This document shows positions 38,950 through 51,674 of a stretch of DNA of 64,000 bases, piece by piece. The position numbers were made by a program, and so were the translations under genes. Under the pieces are notes generated by a model. The model did not search any database, was not told where the DNA came from, and saw only the letters and a program-made list of their open reading frames with translations. The stretch's first letter is position 1; every line of letters begins with the position of its first letter. Source of the stretch: Takakia lepidozioides (taxonomy: Eukaryota > Plantae > Bryophyta); contig CM060731.1 in NCBI GenBank assembly GCA_030704615.1, forward strand, positions 27,404,001 to 27,468,000. Direction: 5' to 3'.

Positions 38950-40490
38950 TGTTAGAGGGCTGCTTGGGACTTAAAGGCTTTTATGGGTTCTATGGGGTAC
39001 CCTTAAATTTTGCGCAGATTGAGAGCAACAAAAGTCTTAGGGGTGGCAGGAGCAAACTTTAGGGAGGTTACACAGCCCGACATAGCTTCACACAGCCAGT
39101 CACAGCCCGACACAGCTTCGCACATCCAGTCACAGCCCGACATAGCTTTACACAGCCAGTCACAGCTCGGCACAGCTTGACACAACCTGTCACAATACAT
39201 GGGAAACAGTTATCATTGACAGGGAACGACTATGAGGGAACGACATCTGCAGAGGGAACGTGTTACTTCAGGGGTGACGGTTAATTAGTTAGGTGGTTAG
39301 AATAGCTTGCGGGTAGATTAGGAGAGCGGCAACAGGAAGGGGATTACTTGGAGAAGAGGGCGACTTGTTCATGAGAGGATAAGACGTAACGGAGAGCGGA
39401 AAATAGTGTAGAGGAGATGATGACTTGAATGAGGCTTAGTTCATGCAAGCTGTAGAATTATACAGTAGGATAGAATAGAGACACAATGGCGTATGCATGA
39501 TACATGATTAATCTTAATCCGATACTGAATCGATACAAACATACTGTGTAGAGAGACACGAGAGAAGCTGTGGAATGAATGCATGATAACTGGAACTTAG
39601 TAGATACTGAAGCAATCTGATGCTTCAGTATACACGGTAAGGTAAATTGATAACATGAAGGCAGGAAGGAATACAAATAGGAAGCACAACCATGATTCAC
39701 TAGCTGCAAGTCATGACTGATTGTTCTGAGCGGGCTGAGTGCTTAGAGATATCCAACTCTTCTATCTTGGAGTTTCCACCTCGGATAGCGAAGGGATGGG
39801 TGAGTAAAAGCCGCTCGACAGATAGCATTTCCCGGAGAGATGGGAAAGAGGATGAGCAGCCTGCTCAAAGATCCCAGAAGCCGCTGATAACGGCTATGCT
39901 ACGAGGGCCAGACAGCGAGGGGCACAATGGGACATACCGGGTAGTGATGGATGTACACTACCTGGTCACAGGCAGAAAAGGCTAAGTACGCGGTACTTAG
40001 CAAATGGCGGAACTAGGGTACACTACCACGGTAGCAGTAGTGGGTAGTGTAGTGACGTGGGCCGTGAACCACGATATCGCACGGCCACGTTAGCATCGGC
40101 TTTAACCAATAGAGGGAGTAGTGGACCGTTTACCACTATAACTCATGACCACTGCAACGATCGAGCCACTTTTTTAGCAAACCTTTTAGGTTGCGTAGGC
40201 AGTTAGGCAGATGGTCATTAACGACCGCAGGCTGTAACGGCTCTTTTGAGCATAGTATAAAAAGGCTACACGCAACTTAGAAAGGAGCAATATGAGTATG
40301 AGTATCAGTGATCAGTGTGTATTCAGTGTGTACTTTTGTGATGATGTGACGAACTCTGAAGTATAGCCATGCTATTAATTTTACCACAGATGTTGAAATT
40401 AGACGTTCTCAATCAGTGTTTCTTTCCTAGTTGGCAGTTCTGATTATATAATCTATACAAATGTCCCGTTCTTTGCGAGGGCCGACTTCA
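38950..40490 (+). repeat. 3' LTR (about 1.5 kb) of the gypsy element
   Basis: Begins TG just after the PPT; TATA box tataaaa at ~40256; putative CA end at 40490 is uncertain because no second LTR is in the window. Confidence 0.6.
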
Positions 40491-41009
40491 TGACGAGCCC
40501 GGTGAAGGACTACTCCCTTCCTAGTTATGCAGCTAAACTCGCAAATACAGCGATTAGACGATGGGAGAATCCCAGTAAAGTAGAGTAGATTTTGGAGAGG
40601 GCTAGGGAGGACAGAAGGATAAGGAAAGAGTTGGCAGCAGCTAAGACAGGTAGACGGGTGTGAAAGTTCATATGTGATTCAGCGGATGAGAGCGATGCAG
40701 ACAGGGAGGACGATGACCCAACGGAGGTGAGATGGTTGGTTCCGCAAGGGGAGGATGGGATTTTCGAAAGCCTGGCCAACGAGCAGTCCGCTGGACATGA
40801 GAAAGACAATGACGGGGTGGAGGTGGAGCAGGACAATCAAGGACATGACGACGATAGTGATGATTTTCAAGATTAGTAGAATTTTAATGAACTCTCTGTA
40901 CATTTAAATTATCTTCCAGAGTATATAAAGGAAATTCTCCCCGTCCTTCATGTCCCCTCTCCCATGTGCTTCTCAATGACACCATCGTCCAAACCACGTC
41001 CCTCCCATA

Positions 41010-41801
41010 ATCGGAAATGCAACACCGCATTTCCATGTCGGAACGGAAATGTGGGAACTGCAAAAACCTCGTTTGGAAATGCGGCACCGCATTTCCAAAA
41101 CCGGGGCAAGAACAATTTTCCGTTTCATGGTTTGGACATCAGAAACTGTTCGGCCGAAACGGAAATGCGCTGCCGCATTTCCGTTTTCGACACGGCAGTT
41201 TTGCCGATTGCCAGCTCCTTCCATGGAGGTAAATGGAAATGCCACCCCGCATGCGGAGGTCGAACATGTTATTTAAATGGCGGACATGGAAATGCGGTGC
41301 CGCATTTCCATTTTGGAGATGGACGTTTTTCCAACTCCAGACCCATCGACGGAACTGCGGCTCCGCATTCCATGATTCTGGACGGGAATGCGGCACCGCC
41401 TTACATTGTCCAATAAGAAATTTTAATGACGTACAGGGAAATGCGGCGCCGCATTTCCAGAACGGACATCGTTGTTTGTCCAATTCCAGACCCTTGGACG
41501 GAAATGCGGCACCGCATTCCATTGTCCAATAAGAACTTTCGATTTCCAAACATGGAAATGCGGCGCCGCATTTCCAAAACAGACATCGTTGGACGGAAAT
41601 GCGTGTGGGCATTCCGTCTTGCTGGACAGAAATGCGGCACCGCATTCCATTGTCCAATACGAAATTTTGATGACGGACATGGAAATGCGGTGCCGAATTT
41701 CCAGAACTGACATCATTGATTGTCCAATTCCAGACCCTTCGACGGAAATGCGGCACCGCATTCCATTGTCCAATAAGAAAATTTGATGATGGACATGGAA
41801 A
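41010..41801. repeat. Tandem array (about 60/120-bp period) built on the imperfect palindrome GGAAATGCGGCRCCGCATTTCC
   Basis: About a dozen palindrome copies with spacers attgtccaataagaa and aattccagaccct; degenerate copies recur at 46407-46497. Confidence 0.9.
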
Positions 41802-44800
41802 GATAAAAACGGGTAGGGTGTTGAGGTGTGTCCATAGCTTCTTCTTCCGGATCTTCCATTCTCGAAGTATTCGGTTCTCTTTGGGTGTTCACCATGTGAT
41901 ATCCTACTGTTGTGATATGCTTGACCACTAGTTGCCCAATAGGTTCCAATTGTGGATATGCTGCATACACTGTGGCTTTTTCTTCATCCGACAGTCCACT
42001 GGACCAATCATATTCTTCCACTATGCAAGGTTGTTTCTCTCGTGGAATGGTACCTCGTTGTTTCGTAGTGATGGTGACTTGTTCTGATCCTTTTTTGATC
42101 GTGAAAGTCTGACTTCCCCAATCGTGGTGTGATTAGGCTTGTGTTAACCATGGTCGGCCAAGTAGTAGCGAATATCCTTCTGTCATATCCTCCATTCTGA
42201 GAATGGTTACTGATACTTCGTATATCAGTCCTGCTACTTCCATTGCAAGTCGTCTGATGATACCTAATGGCTGCATTTTTCGTTGATCGGCCATTCGTAC
42301 TGTGAATGGAGCAGGTTCCATGTGCCCCAATCCTAGCGACTTCTTCATCTTCTTTGTCATGATATTTACTCTGTACTAGCTTTCGTCCAATACGTACTTA
42401 TATTACGGGTATTACTTCGTCGTAGTCTGGAGTTTGTCGTATAGTTGTGGGTTTAATCTTGTAAACCTCTAGTGTTGGTTTTTGTTTTGGTGTGGCAGTC
42501 AACGCCTCGATTGCCCAAAATAAAGTTTTCTTGCAATGTGGAGCAATTTTTAATAATTGTCCAATGGTAATTTGGGTTTTGGTCTGGCAGATTGCTTCAA
42601 CCAATTCTGTTTCCGTGCTTGCATTTGTGGTCTTCAACGTTGGTCTGATTTGATTATCTGGAGTTGGCTCTCCAGAAGGTATATGGGTTCCCTCTTGCAT
42701 TTGAGCTATGGCTTTACTTACCTCTTGGTGTAAGCTCTTTTCTTCCTGCCATGCTGCACTTTCTGGATATTGTTTTCGTTCTTCTTCAATCTCCTTATCT
42801 GGAGGTTTCTGTTTCTTGGCCTGAGTTCGGGTTACCGCAAGAGTATCCACTACAAGGGTTACCACACTCACGGCTACACTCGGTTCGGCTTCCATATTTC
42901 CCACTTCTGCCTCATGCTTGATTCGCAATTGGCATTCATGTTTCCAGCATCCCTCTTTCTTGCAGTAGTGGCATTTCACGATTTCTTTGTTTCTGGGTTG
43001 ATGTTCTCTATCCCGTGGTGGATAATCATCTCGTGGCCTTTGATAATGATTACCCATATTGTATCGTCTTGGTCCATCCGATCCTCCCCGTCGGAATTGG
43101 ACTTGGTGTACCCCCACCTCTCATGTGTACCCACTCTTCTTGGCCCGTTGATTGTAAATACAATGGCTGGTATTATGATTGTTCATGTGACAAATATCAC
43201 AGTATTTGTCTTTCATGTGGCATTCCGTTGCCAAGTGTCCTGCAGTCCCGCATTTGTGACACCATGTTGCCTTCCGTGGTCCTTCATCTTTAAAATTCTT
43301 GATAGCCTCTGCTATCTTCTGATCCAAAGTGGTTTTGTCAATCACTTCTTTCTTCTTTTGCTTGGGCTTTTCTTCATCATCAGAGTCTTCTTCTTCCAAG
43401 GGATCCTAAGAATCTTTACTTCTACTCTGATGAAATCCCAATTCCAATTTTTTTGCAATTCCTACTGCTTCAGCCCAAAGTGTTGTTAGGCATGACTGTA
43501 ACCATGGTTACATATTCAGGACGAAGTCCGTTGATGAACCATGATTTTTGTAAGTCATCACCTGGTGCTTGAGGTAGCTTCCTGATCAGAGTTTTCATTC
43601 TCTCTAGGTAGTCGACTACCAGTTCTTTCTTTTTCTGTCTCAGGTTCTGTAATCCTATGAAGATTTCAGACGTGGATTTGTTGGATCTATATCTTTCTTG
43701 AAACGCGGCTCTCATATCCGCCCAATTTGCAAAGTGATTGGCTGGAAAGGTTGCCAACCATTCAATGCCTTTCCTGGCCATTGAACAAGGAAATAATCGG
43801 ATCTTTTCCTGGTCTGTTGCTTCATTGTAAATGGTGCACATGTTCTCAAATTGATTAAGATGGATATCTGGATCAGATTTCCCATCATATAAAGGAAACG
43901 ACGGTCTGGTTTTGCTTGCTGCTAAAGCCATTAGTGCAACTGGTGCAACTGGTTGTCCAAACTGGGATGGTCCCGCTGCTGCTGGCTGTGGTGGTGTTGG
44001 TGTTTGTCTTCCAAACAATGATTCAAAACTAGGAGGTCCTTGTCCCAATGATAGCCGTCTTCCAGCTACTGTCCCTACTAAGCTTAATGAATCTTTAAAA
44101 GCTTTGAGTGCAGTCCTGGTTATCCTTTTTGGAGAAGTAGTTTCACTTCTTTCACCTTCTTCACTCAGAATATTTTCAAATCTTTCTTCTAATATTTCAG
44201 CAAAGCCTCGATTTGGACTTGTTACTGTAGAAGGTCCTTCGGAATCTTTCTTGTGGTAACCATTCATCAAGTGCATTACTGGCAACTTCTTCTGGTGTAG
44301 TGTTCCCACTTCCCACCGATCCGATTTCCTGATCTTCTGGTTTATCACTGTCAATTTGTCTTGATGTCTCACCTTGAATAGTATTGAAGTTTTGTAATTC
44401 TGGGAACTCTTCTCTTAACCGAGCCTCCATTTCTGCAGCATATTTCTCTATTCGTTCAGCTCTGTCTTGCTTAGCTTTTTCTTTAATTTCCTCATTCATT
44501 CCCACATCATATGCAGAATTCTTTTTCAGCACCTTTTAATCAGTCTTGGTATGTCAGTAAAGAAAATTTATAGCGGTCTCTACCCTTTCTCCAAGATTTA
44601 CCCTATCTTGCCAGAATCCGTATTACGACTTAATTTTCCCTTTTACTGATTGATCACCAATCTTTTAATGGGCACAATAATACCATCTGTCTTTCTCAGT
44701 GTGTCTGACTTGTAACAAGTCTTTGGGTATCCAGTACTCCACTGCTTCTATGATCATGTGACAATATTCATAATTTGAACATCCTTCTCTGAAAATATAA

Positions 44801-45105
44801 CTAGTGTAGCAAACTTTTCTGATTGGGATTAGAGTAATCAATACAGCTAAACGGGACAACCATTCTTCACTTCTGATTCTACATTACCAAGGTGCTCGTG
44901 TAATACTGATCATTCCTCCCTTCAATCCCCAATTGTCATCTTCTTTCGCAATTGAAAGAAATATCTTCTGTTGTATTGCTATTGGTAAGCCATGAAATTT
45001 TTTCAGGAATGTTTTCCATTCCTTTGTTTCCGTTGACTCGTTCTTTTGTGATTTCAAGAAATCACTGAGTAACCATCTTTCCTTGAGTACACTTGAACTC
45101 AACAT
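41802..45105 (-). mobile_element. Gag-protease of a non-chromovirus Ty3/gypsy element (Phygy/Athila/Tat group), pseudogenised
   Basis: Retrotrans_gag YDGKSDPDIHLNQF..WFINGLRPEY; knuckles CHKCGTAGHLATEC, CDICHMNNHNTSHC and CHYCKKEGCWKHEC; protease C-terminus YSLLLGRPWL. Confidence 0.9.
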
Positions 45106-45112
45106 ACCGTTA

Positions 45113-45130
45113 TCCCCAGTATGGTCGCCA
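45113..45130 (-). other. Primer-binding site, probably tRNA-Arg, next to the LTR end at 45133
   Basis: Minus strand reads ..GGTTAACA tt TGGCGACCATACTGGGGA, similar to the complement of plant tRNA-Arg 3' ends. Confidence 0.75.
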
Positions 45131-45551
45131 AATGTTAACCGCTGGTTTATGACTTAGACAAAACAGGCTATCAGCACTACTGCCCATTTCTTAAGACATG
45201 CAACAGAGGTTGTCCGACGGTATGCTTTCAGAAACGATTACGAAGTAATCGTTTTAAGGATAGCTAAACCATGAACATCGTATGAATTTATCTCCCTGCA
45301 AGCTGCTTAATCCTATTGATTAGGCTCAACTTACAGTCTCTTTGGCATAAAAGATCTTAGTCGAAAAGACTGAAGTCGTTAAGCAATTGGTAGTTAAGGC
45401 AAACAAGAACTATCCTGAGATGATACACATTCTCACCATCTCACGTTCTCTCATAATGCATATTCTCTCCATCTCACATTCACTCTACACAGCTGCCTCT
45501 CCCATCCAGGAGCTGCTGTCGTTGAGCGTACTCCGCTAATCTTTTTCAAGG

Positions 45552-46130
45552 ATGCCGTGCAGCCGAAATCCTGCTGATTGCCCTTATCATGGCCACGATT
45601 ATGCTATGTTCAAACCAGAATCAGGAGACATCATTGTCTGGCTCTCTGTTTTCACTGACGCTTCTGGAATCAAACGGGAGTTTTTGCGCGCAATGGAGTA
45701 TTTGGAGGGCTATTACCGCTTTGAGTGAGGTGAGGGCGAGGGTCAATGCGGTCCGTGGGTCCTGAAAATTGTTGACCTCGATATACCAAGCTGGAATGGG
45801 ATGCCGGACAGATCACGCACAGCCACGCTTTGGCACTGGAACTGCTGCCAGTGGACCAGAGAGGACGACACCGGGGAAAACTATATTCGTGGAGCTCACT
45901 CCGCTCTTCCAGTGTATGGAGACATTCGGTTGAGTTGCGAAGACGAATCACACGGGCACATGAGGCCCACAGTGACCTTGTCAATGTATGATGGTGGTAT
46001 CATTGATGGGCATGACATTGTTGTCAGCTCCACCAAGGGCACCAGAACGACTGCATTGCAGTTTACCTCGAGGTGCCGCATCAGTAATGAGCTTGTTTTG
46101 AGGGCTATTGAAGTTCCGTCGACTTGGTGA
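45552..46130 (+). pseudogene. 192-codon ORF of unknown function with one internal TGA, antisense to gag and on the LTR side of the PBS
   Basis: MPCSRNPADCPYHGHDYAMFKPESGDIIVWLSVFTDASGIKREFLRAMEYLEGYYRFE*GEGEGQCGPWVLKIVDLDIPSWNG runs in frame into the listed ORF 45801-46130. Confidence 0.45.
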
Positions 46131-46501
46131 CGCCCATGTAGAAGGAGGAAGGGCTTAGATTTGTTTGGAGTTGCTAAATGTAAGACACTGTGTTCGATCA
46201 ATAAAACAACCCATCGTACCTCACTTCTGTGTGCGCTGTTTCATTGTGTTCAAGAACTGCCGTAATTGGCCCACTGTTTACAATTTGTGGTCTCATTTCT
46301 ATAATGTGTCTGTCCACATGAATATACTAGAGTCAGCGATATCACAGTCCTGAGGTGATGGAAATTCATGTATGAGTAAAAGGAAACATGTACATGCTGA
46401 AGCTCGGAAATTCGGGACCGCATTTCATTTTTGTCCATGCAGCGATTTCTGGCTTTCCTCCGTTGTGGTCGTAATGGAAATGTTGTACCGCATTTCATTT
46501 C

Positions 46502-47050
46502 TTGACATGGCATTACCATACTTCGAATTGGGAAGAGGACATTAAAATCAGTGAAGTTTATGCCATGCACAATTGCAACCATCGGACAAGAGATTGCAGG
46601 ATGGACAGTAACGGAAGAAACTCAATTGATTCAAGTGAATCTGGAAACAGTGGAAGACCCACAAATATTACGAGTAAGTGCAGGTCTCGAAGAATCATTT
46701 CTACAAGAAGCTATTGCATTATTCACTGAATACAATGATGTATTTATCTGGAACTACAAAGATTTGAAGGGTATACCTTCTAACATCTGTCAGCACCGAA
46801 TTGAATTGGAAGTTGACACAAAACCAAATTGTCAGAACCGTTATAGAATGAACCCCAACTATGCAGCTAAGGTTTGGGAAGAAATCAAGAAATTACTGGA
46901 TGCAGGATTCATACGCCTAGTACACCACAATGGTTATCGCCCATTGTGATAACACCCAAGAAAAATGGAAAATTACGAGTATGTGTGGACTACCGCAAAA
47001 TAAACGCAGAAACCAAGAAAGATCTATTTTTACTACCTTTCACCGAAATA
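46502..47050 (+). mobile_element. Reverse-transcriptase N-terminal part continuing the gag-protease above, separated from it by an inversion
   Basis: DVFIWNYKDLKGIPSNICQHRIEL..YRMNPNYAAKVWEEIKKLLDAGFI and WLSPIVITPKKNGKLRVCVDYRKINAETKKD; truncated by the chromovirus LTR. Confidence 0.88.
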
Positions 47051-47051
47051 G

Positions 47052-50000
47052 TGAACACCTTGAACTTGGGACCACGTAGTGATTTGAGCATTCTGATTTT
47101 CGAACCTACCTTCAAACATGATTTCGTTGCCCTCTGGGTCTGAAGCCTCAACCTCCAACAGAATTATCAGACTTCGGGTAGGCTCCACTTACCGTCGTAC
47201 GGGGTCCAAACGAGGAAATACGCGTCGCATTGGCGGCCCATCGTCTTGAGAGCGTCGGCATGATGTTGAAGGTTGTGACAGTCGGAACGGCTGATCTGAT
47301 AGTTGGGTAAGCGACAACTCCAATGTAACTGGTTCTTGTGAGTCAATGCTGCCAATACAAGATGCAAGAGTGCTGGAAGTGCTGGAAGTGTAGCTATATA
47401 TACTGATGTGTGGTGCTCTTCCCTCCTTAGCGTGTATCAGGTACATTGAATGTGGAGTCTTCACCTTGAAGCTGACTTGTCTGACATCATCGTTGTGACG
47501 TCTTATTGACGTGAAGTTTGGGGCTTAGCTGGATATCGTTGATGAAACTCTTGGACTTTGTCAGATGCATTGGCGAGGTTGGATGAAGGTTCCCACGTCC
47601 GTTCGCTGATGTCGTAGCATTTCCAATATACGAAATACTCAAGACGTTTATACTTGATGCGAGAGTCTAGGACTTCGTCAACTTCATACTCAATTTCCTG
47701 ATTGACTTCGATTGATGGAGATGGTACGTAGACTCTAACTGGAATATTCGATGGATGATACAACTCCAATAATGAAACATGAAAGACTGGATGGATACGC
47801 ATACTTCGTGGGAGTTCAAGCCGAAAACTGACCGGATTTATTTGTCGAATAATTTTGAATAGTCTTAGGCATTGATAATCCAACTTCCTTGATGGTCGTG
47901 AGGTTTGTATGTCCAGTCGAAGAAGCCACACACGATCTCCGACCTTGGACTGGGGTTGGAGTTGACGACGTTGATCTGCATACTCCTTGTATTGTTTTTG
48001 AGCTTCTGCCAGGTAGAATATAAGCTCATTGTGAATCGTAGCAAGATGACTAGCAATGTTTTCTGCAGCAGGGCTTCCAACAATCTTCATGTGGAAAGGG
48101 TTTGCTCGAGGATGATGACCATAATTGGAGAAAAATGAAGTTTGTTTGGTCGAAGAATATATAGTGTTGTTGTAGGCAAACTCAGCCAATGACAGAAGGT
48201 CCGTCCTATTATCTTGGTGATAATTTATCGTACATCGAAGATACTGCTCCAAAATTTGGTTTACACGTTCGGTTTGACCATCAGTTTGTGGATGATTAGC
48301 TGTAGAGAGGTTGATTTTACTATCCAATATGTGAAATAATCCCCTCCAGAAATTTGATATGAACTGTGGTCCTCGATCAGATACGATGTCCTTCGGTAGT
48401 CCATGAATGCGGTAGATATTATTGAGGAAGAGTCTTGCAGTTTCCTCGCCGGTAACCGTCTTATTACATGGAATGAAATGTGTCATCTTTGTAAAACGAT
48501 CTACAATAACAAGGATTGAATCGGTGGTCTTGGAAATTAGAAGGTCCATAATAAAGTCCATAGACACGGACGACCATGGACCTTTGGGAATGGGTAATGG
48601 TTGAAGAAGGCCATAAGATCGATGTCGAGGTCCCTTCGCTCTAGCACACGTGTCGCAAGATTTTATAAATTCTTTCACGAGTTTCCATATTTGCGGCCAC
48701 CAATAGTCCCTGGATATCAATTTTATTGTTTTGTTGAAGCTGAAATGTTCAGCAGCCGGAAGATCATGACATGTTTGAAGAATTCGAAGTCGTGTAGGTC
48801 CTGGAGGTACATAGAGAAGTCCCTTGAAATAAAGTAAGTCATCTTTGAATTCGAAGTCGTTTGTAACATGTGGGTTGTCTCGAGGTCGATTTAGTTGACT
48901 TCGTAGTGTCGTAGCAAATTGGTCGCTCTTCAGTGCTTCCTGAATCTCCTTTATGATCTTTGCATCGTCATAGGTGGACATGGATAACATATTCAATTGG
49001 AGATTTGCTGGTTTCAAGATGGTGGATTTCTGTTGGTCGAAAGTTGCCTCCTTTTTTTTTCGGCGCAAAATACGATCGTCGAGAAAAAACATCGGGTTTC
49101 CCTTGAAGATATCCGGGGCGTTAGGTAATAATAAAATCAAACCTTGTTAGTGACATACCCCATCTGGCTTGACGTCGATTCAAAACACGAGCACTCATAA
49201 AATATTCGAGGTTTTTGTGATCGGTGTAGACAGTGACCTGATGTTTAGCTTCCTCCAGTAGATGACGGCACTCCTCAAAAGCATTGATGATCGTTAGAAG
49301 TTCTTTGTCACAGATTTCATAATTGATCTCTACAGCAGAAAATTTGCGAGAACGAAAGCCAACAGGGTGAAGTCGGCCAACCGTACCGTATTGAGAGAGT
49401 ATAGCGCAAAGTGCAAAGTCCGATGCATCTGCTTCCAAGAAGAATGATTTAGATGGGTTTGCATGTATCAATATTGGAGCCGTTGTAAATGCCTGCTTCA
49501 GCATTTCAAATGCCTGGTCAGCCTTCTCGTCCCATACAAATTTGTCCTTCCCTATGAGTCGTGTAAATGGTGCAGCAATTTTGGAGTAGTCATTGATGAA
49601 GATTCTATAGAAATTTGCAAAGCCCAGAAAACATTGTATATCTCGAACCAAAGTTGGTTTAATCCACTCGATAATGGTTTGTATTTTCTTCTGATCCATA
49701 AAGACGCATTTGTCGGAAATAATGTAGCCCAGAAATTCGACCTCAGATTGATGGAAAAGACATTTCTCCAGCTTGACATATAGTCATATTTCTCTTAATT
49801 TATCAATGACAAGGCGTACATGGCGGCCATGTTTTTCTTCATTATGTGAAAATATCAAAATGTTGTCCAAATAGATGACTACAAAGTCATCTAAAAATTC
49901 TCGAAAGATGTCATTCATCATATGTTGAAAAATTGCTCGAGCACTTGTAAGACCGAAAGACATAACACTGTATTCAAAATGTCCATACCTTGTTTAAAAA

Positions 50001-51370
50001 ATTGTTTTCCATTCGTCTCCTTCTTTTATCCGTGCAAGGTTATAAGCTCCTATCAAGTCAATTTTCGTGAAAATCTTCGCTCGTCCCAGCTGGTCGAGAA
50101 GCCCATAAATCAGCGGCAACGGATAACGATTCTTGATTGTGACTTTGTTGAGACCGCGATAGTCGACACACATGCGTAATGATCCGTTTTTTCTTTTCAT
50201 AAACAAGATGGGCACCCCCGCATGTGATTTTGAATGTCGGATGAAGTGCTTCGACAAATTTTCATCAATGTATTCACGTAATGCAGCCAACTCCGTTTGG
50301 GATAAGTTATAGATTGGGCCGAATGGTGGTTGGTCTCTTTCTTGTAACTCAATTGCACAGTCATAAGGTCGATGTTCTGGCAATATGTCTGCATTTTTCT
50401 TCTCGAAGACATATTTGAAATCTCCATATTGAGCGGGTAATGTTGAAGTACTTTTCTCTGTTGTGATTTTGATCGGAGTCGCATAAAGTGCAAATGCCGC
50501 CTCATTTTTGGTAGCTCTCATGAAAGCTCTAGCTCGAAGGAACAGGGGTTGAATACCTTTGATATTTCTACATTTTTGTCTTGCAGAAATTTTTCGCGAT
50601 CGCCAGTCGATGTCGAGATTGTGAAGTACGAACTAGGGAAGTCCAAGGATCACAGGATTTGTTGGAGACTGTATGACGTTGAAAACAATATGTGATGCTT
50701 GATCTTTAAGCTTCAAGTAGTCGAGTTTCATGGTTCACATTTCCTGATGCTAACGGTCGTCCATCGATGACTTCAACGGGGGCCGAGAGTTTCTTCTTTA
50801 CGAGCGTTAAATTGTGTTGTTTCGCAAAGTTTTTGTCCATAAAACAAGCTGAAGCCCCTGAGTCCAAAAGCGCTTCTACAGAGATATCTCGATTTTGCAC
50901 TCTGATTTTTACCGGAACTGTGAAGTAAGGTGCATGGTCTGGAGGTAGAAAGAAACATTTTTTCGGTAAGGAATTTGTGGTGTCCAGCCGCATGGTTCCT
51001 ACTGTGACTGGATATCTTCGTTTTTCGACCTCCTCGTATCGAACACTTGAGTTGTGCCCCGAGCTTTGAATCTTATCTTGTTGGGGCAGTTTAATGCTAT
51101 ATGATCATCTTCTCCGCAATAGAGGCATAATCCATTTGAGCGCCGTTTTTGTTTTTCTTGTGGCGTCAATGACTTGAATCGGACAGCATCAATCTGCATA
51201 TGATCACTACCGGATGTCTGATGGATTGTTGTGTTTGGTGCCGTAGTACCAGTGGCATGATGCGTTGTCGACCATCCACAACGCTCTCTTGACGTCTTTC
51301 GAATAAACGATTATCGCATGCAATGACTAGGGTGATGAATTCACTCAGTGTGCTTACGTTTCGCATTGTC
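47052..51370 (-). mobile_element. Ty3/gypsy chromovirus (Tcn1-like): gag C-terminus, protease, RT, RNase H, integrase, chromodomain and 3' LTR (47052-47486); 5' truncated
   Basis: GLCLYCGEDDHIALNC; ALLDSGAS; [22 protein letters not shown]; LEADASDFA..NYEICDKELL..VYTDHKNL; SVSMDFI..IVSDRGPQF..HPQTDGQTERVN; HPVFHVSLL; chromodomain EYEVDEVLDSR..YFVYWKCY..TWEP; several stops and frameshifts. Confidence 0.93.
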
Positions 51371-51674
51371 AGCAACTGAAGGGCCTCATGTGAAGCAGTA
51401 TGCTTATTGTGAAAGTGTCAAAGAGAGGACAATAGTCCAGGACGAAATTCATAAGATGTTTGATGCAAAAGTACTTATAAAATATTCTATCTCCGCTTGG
51501 GTAAGTCCCATCATTTTGGTTGCCAAAAAAGATGGCATGACTTGTTTTTTGGTTGACTTCGGGAAACTCAATGAGATCACAAAGAATGATACTTATCCAC
51601 TACCGAGAATCAATGAGATGTTAGATATGTTACATGATGCCACGATATTTTCTTCATTAGAAACACTATTTTAA
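51371..51674 (+). mobile_element. Small fragment of another Ty3/gypsy reverse transcriptase
   Basis: SAWVSPIILVAKKDGMTCFLVDFGKLNEITKNDTYPLPRINEMLDML. Confidence 0.85.

Larger units (their letters stand above)
34120..40490 (+). mobile_element. 3' half of a non-chromovirus Ty3/gypsy LTR retrotransposon: integrase tail, tandem repeat, long extra ORF, PPT and 3' LTR
   Basis: Integrase GPY/F module KLKSPWKGPYVIQKMYDNNTV..VNASKLKGY; polypurine tract gagagggggagggg at 38933-38946 followed by TGTTAG at 38950. Confidence 0.85.

Noticed and set aside
41010-41801. CRISPR-like array of palindromic repeats
   Set aside because: Spacers are repeated rather than unique, there are no cas genes, and the context is a eukaryotic retrotransposon.
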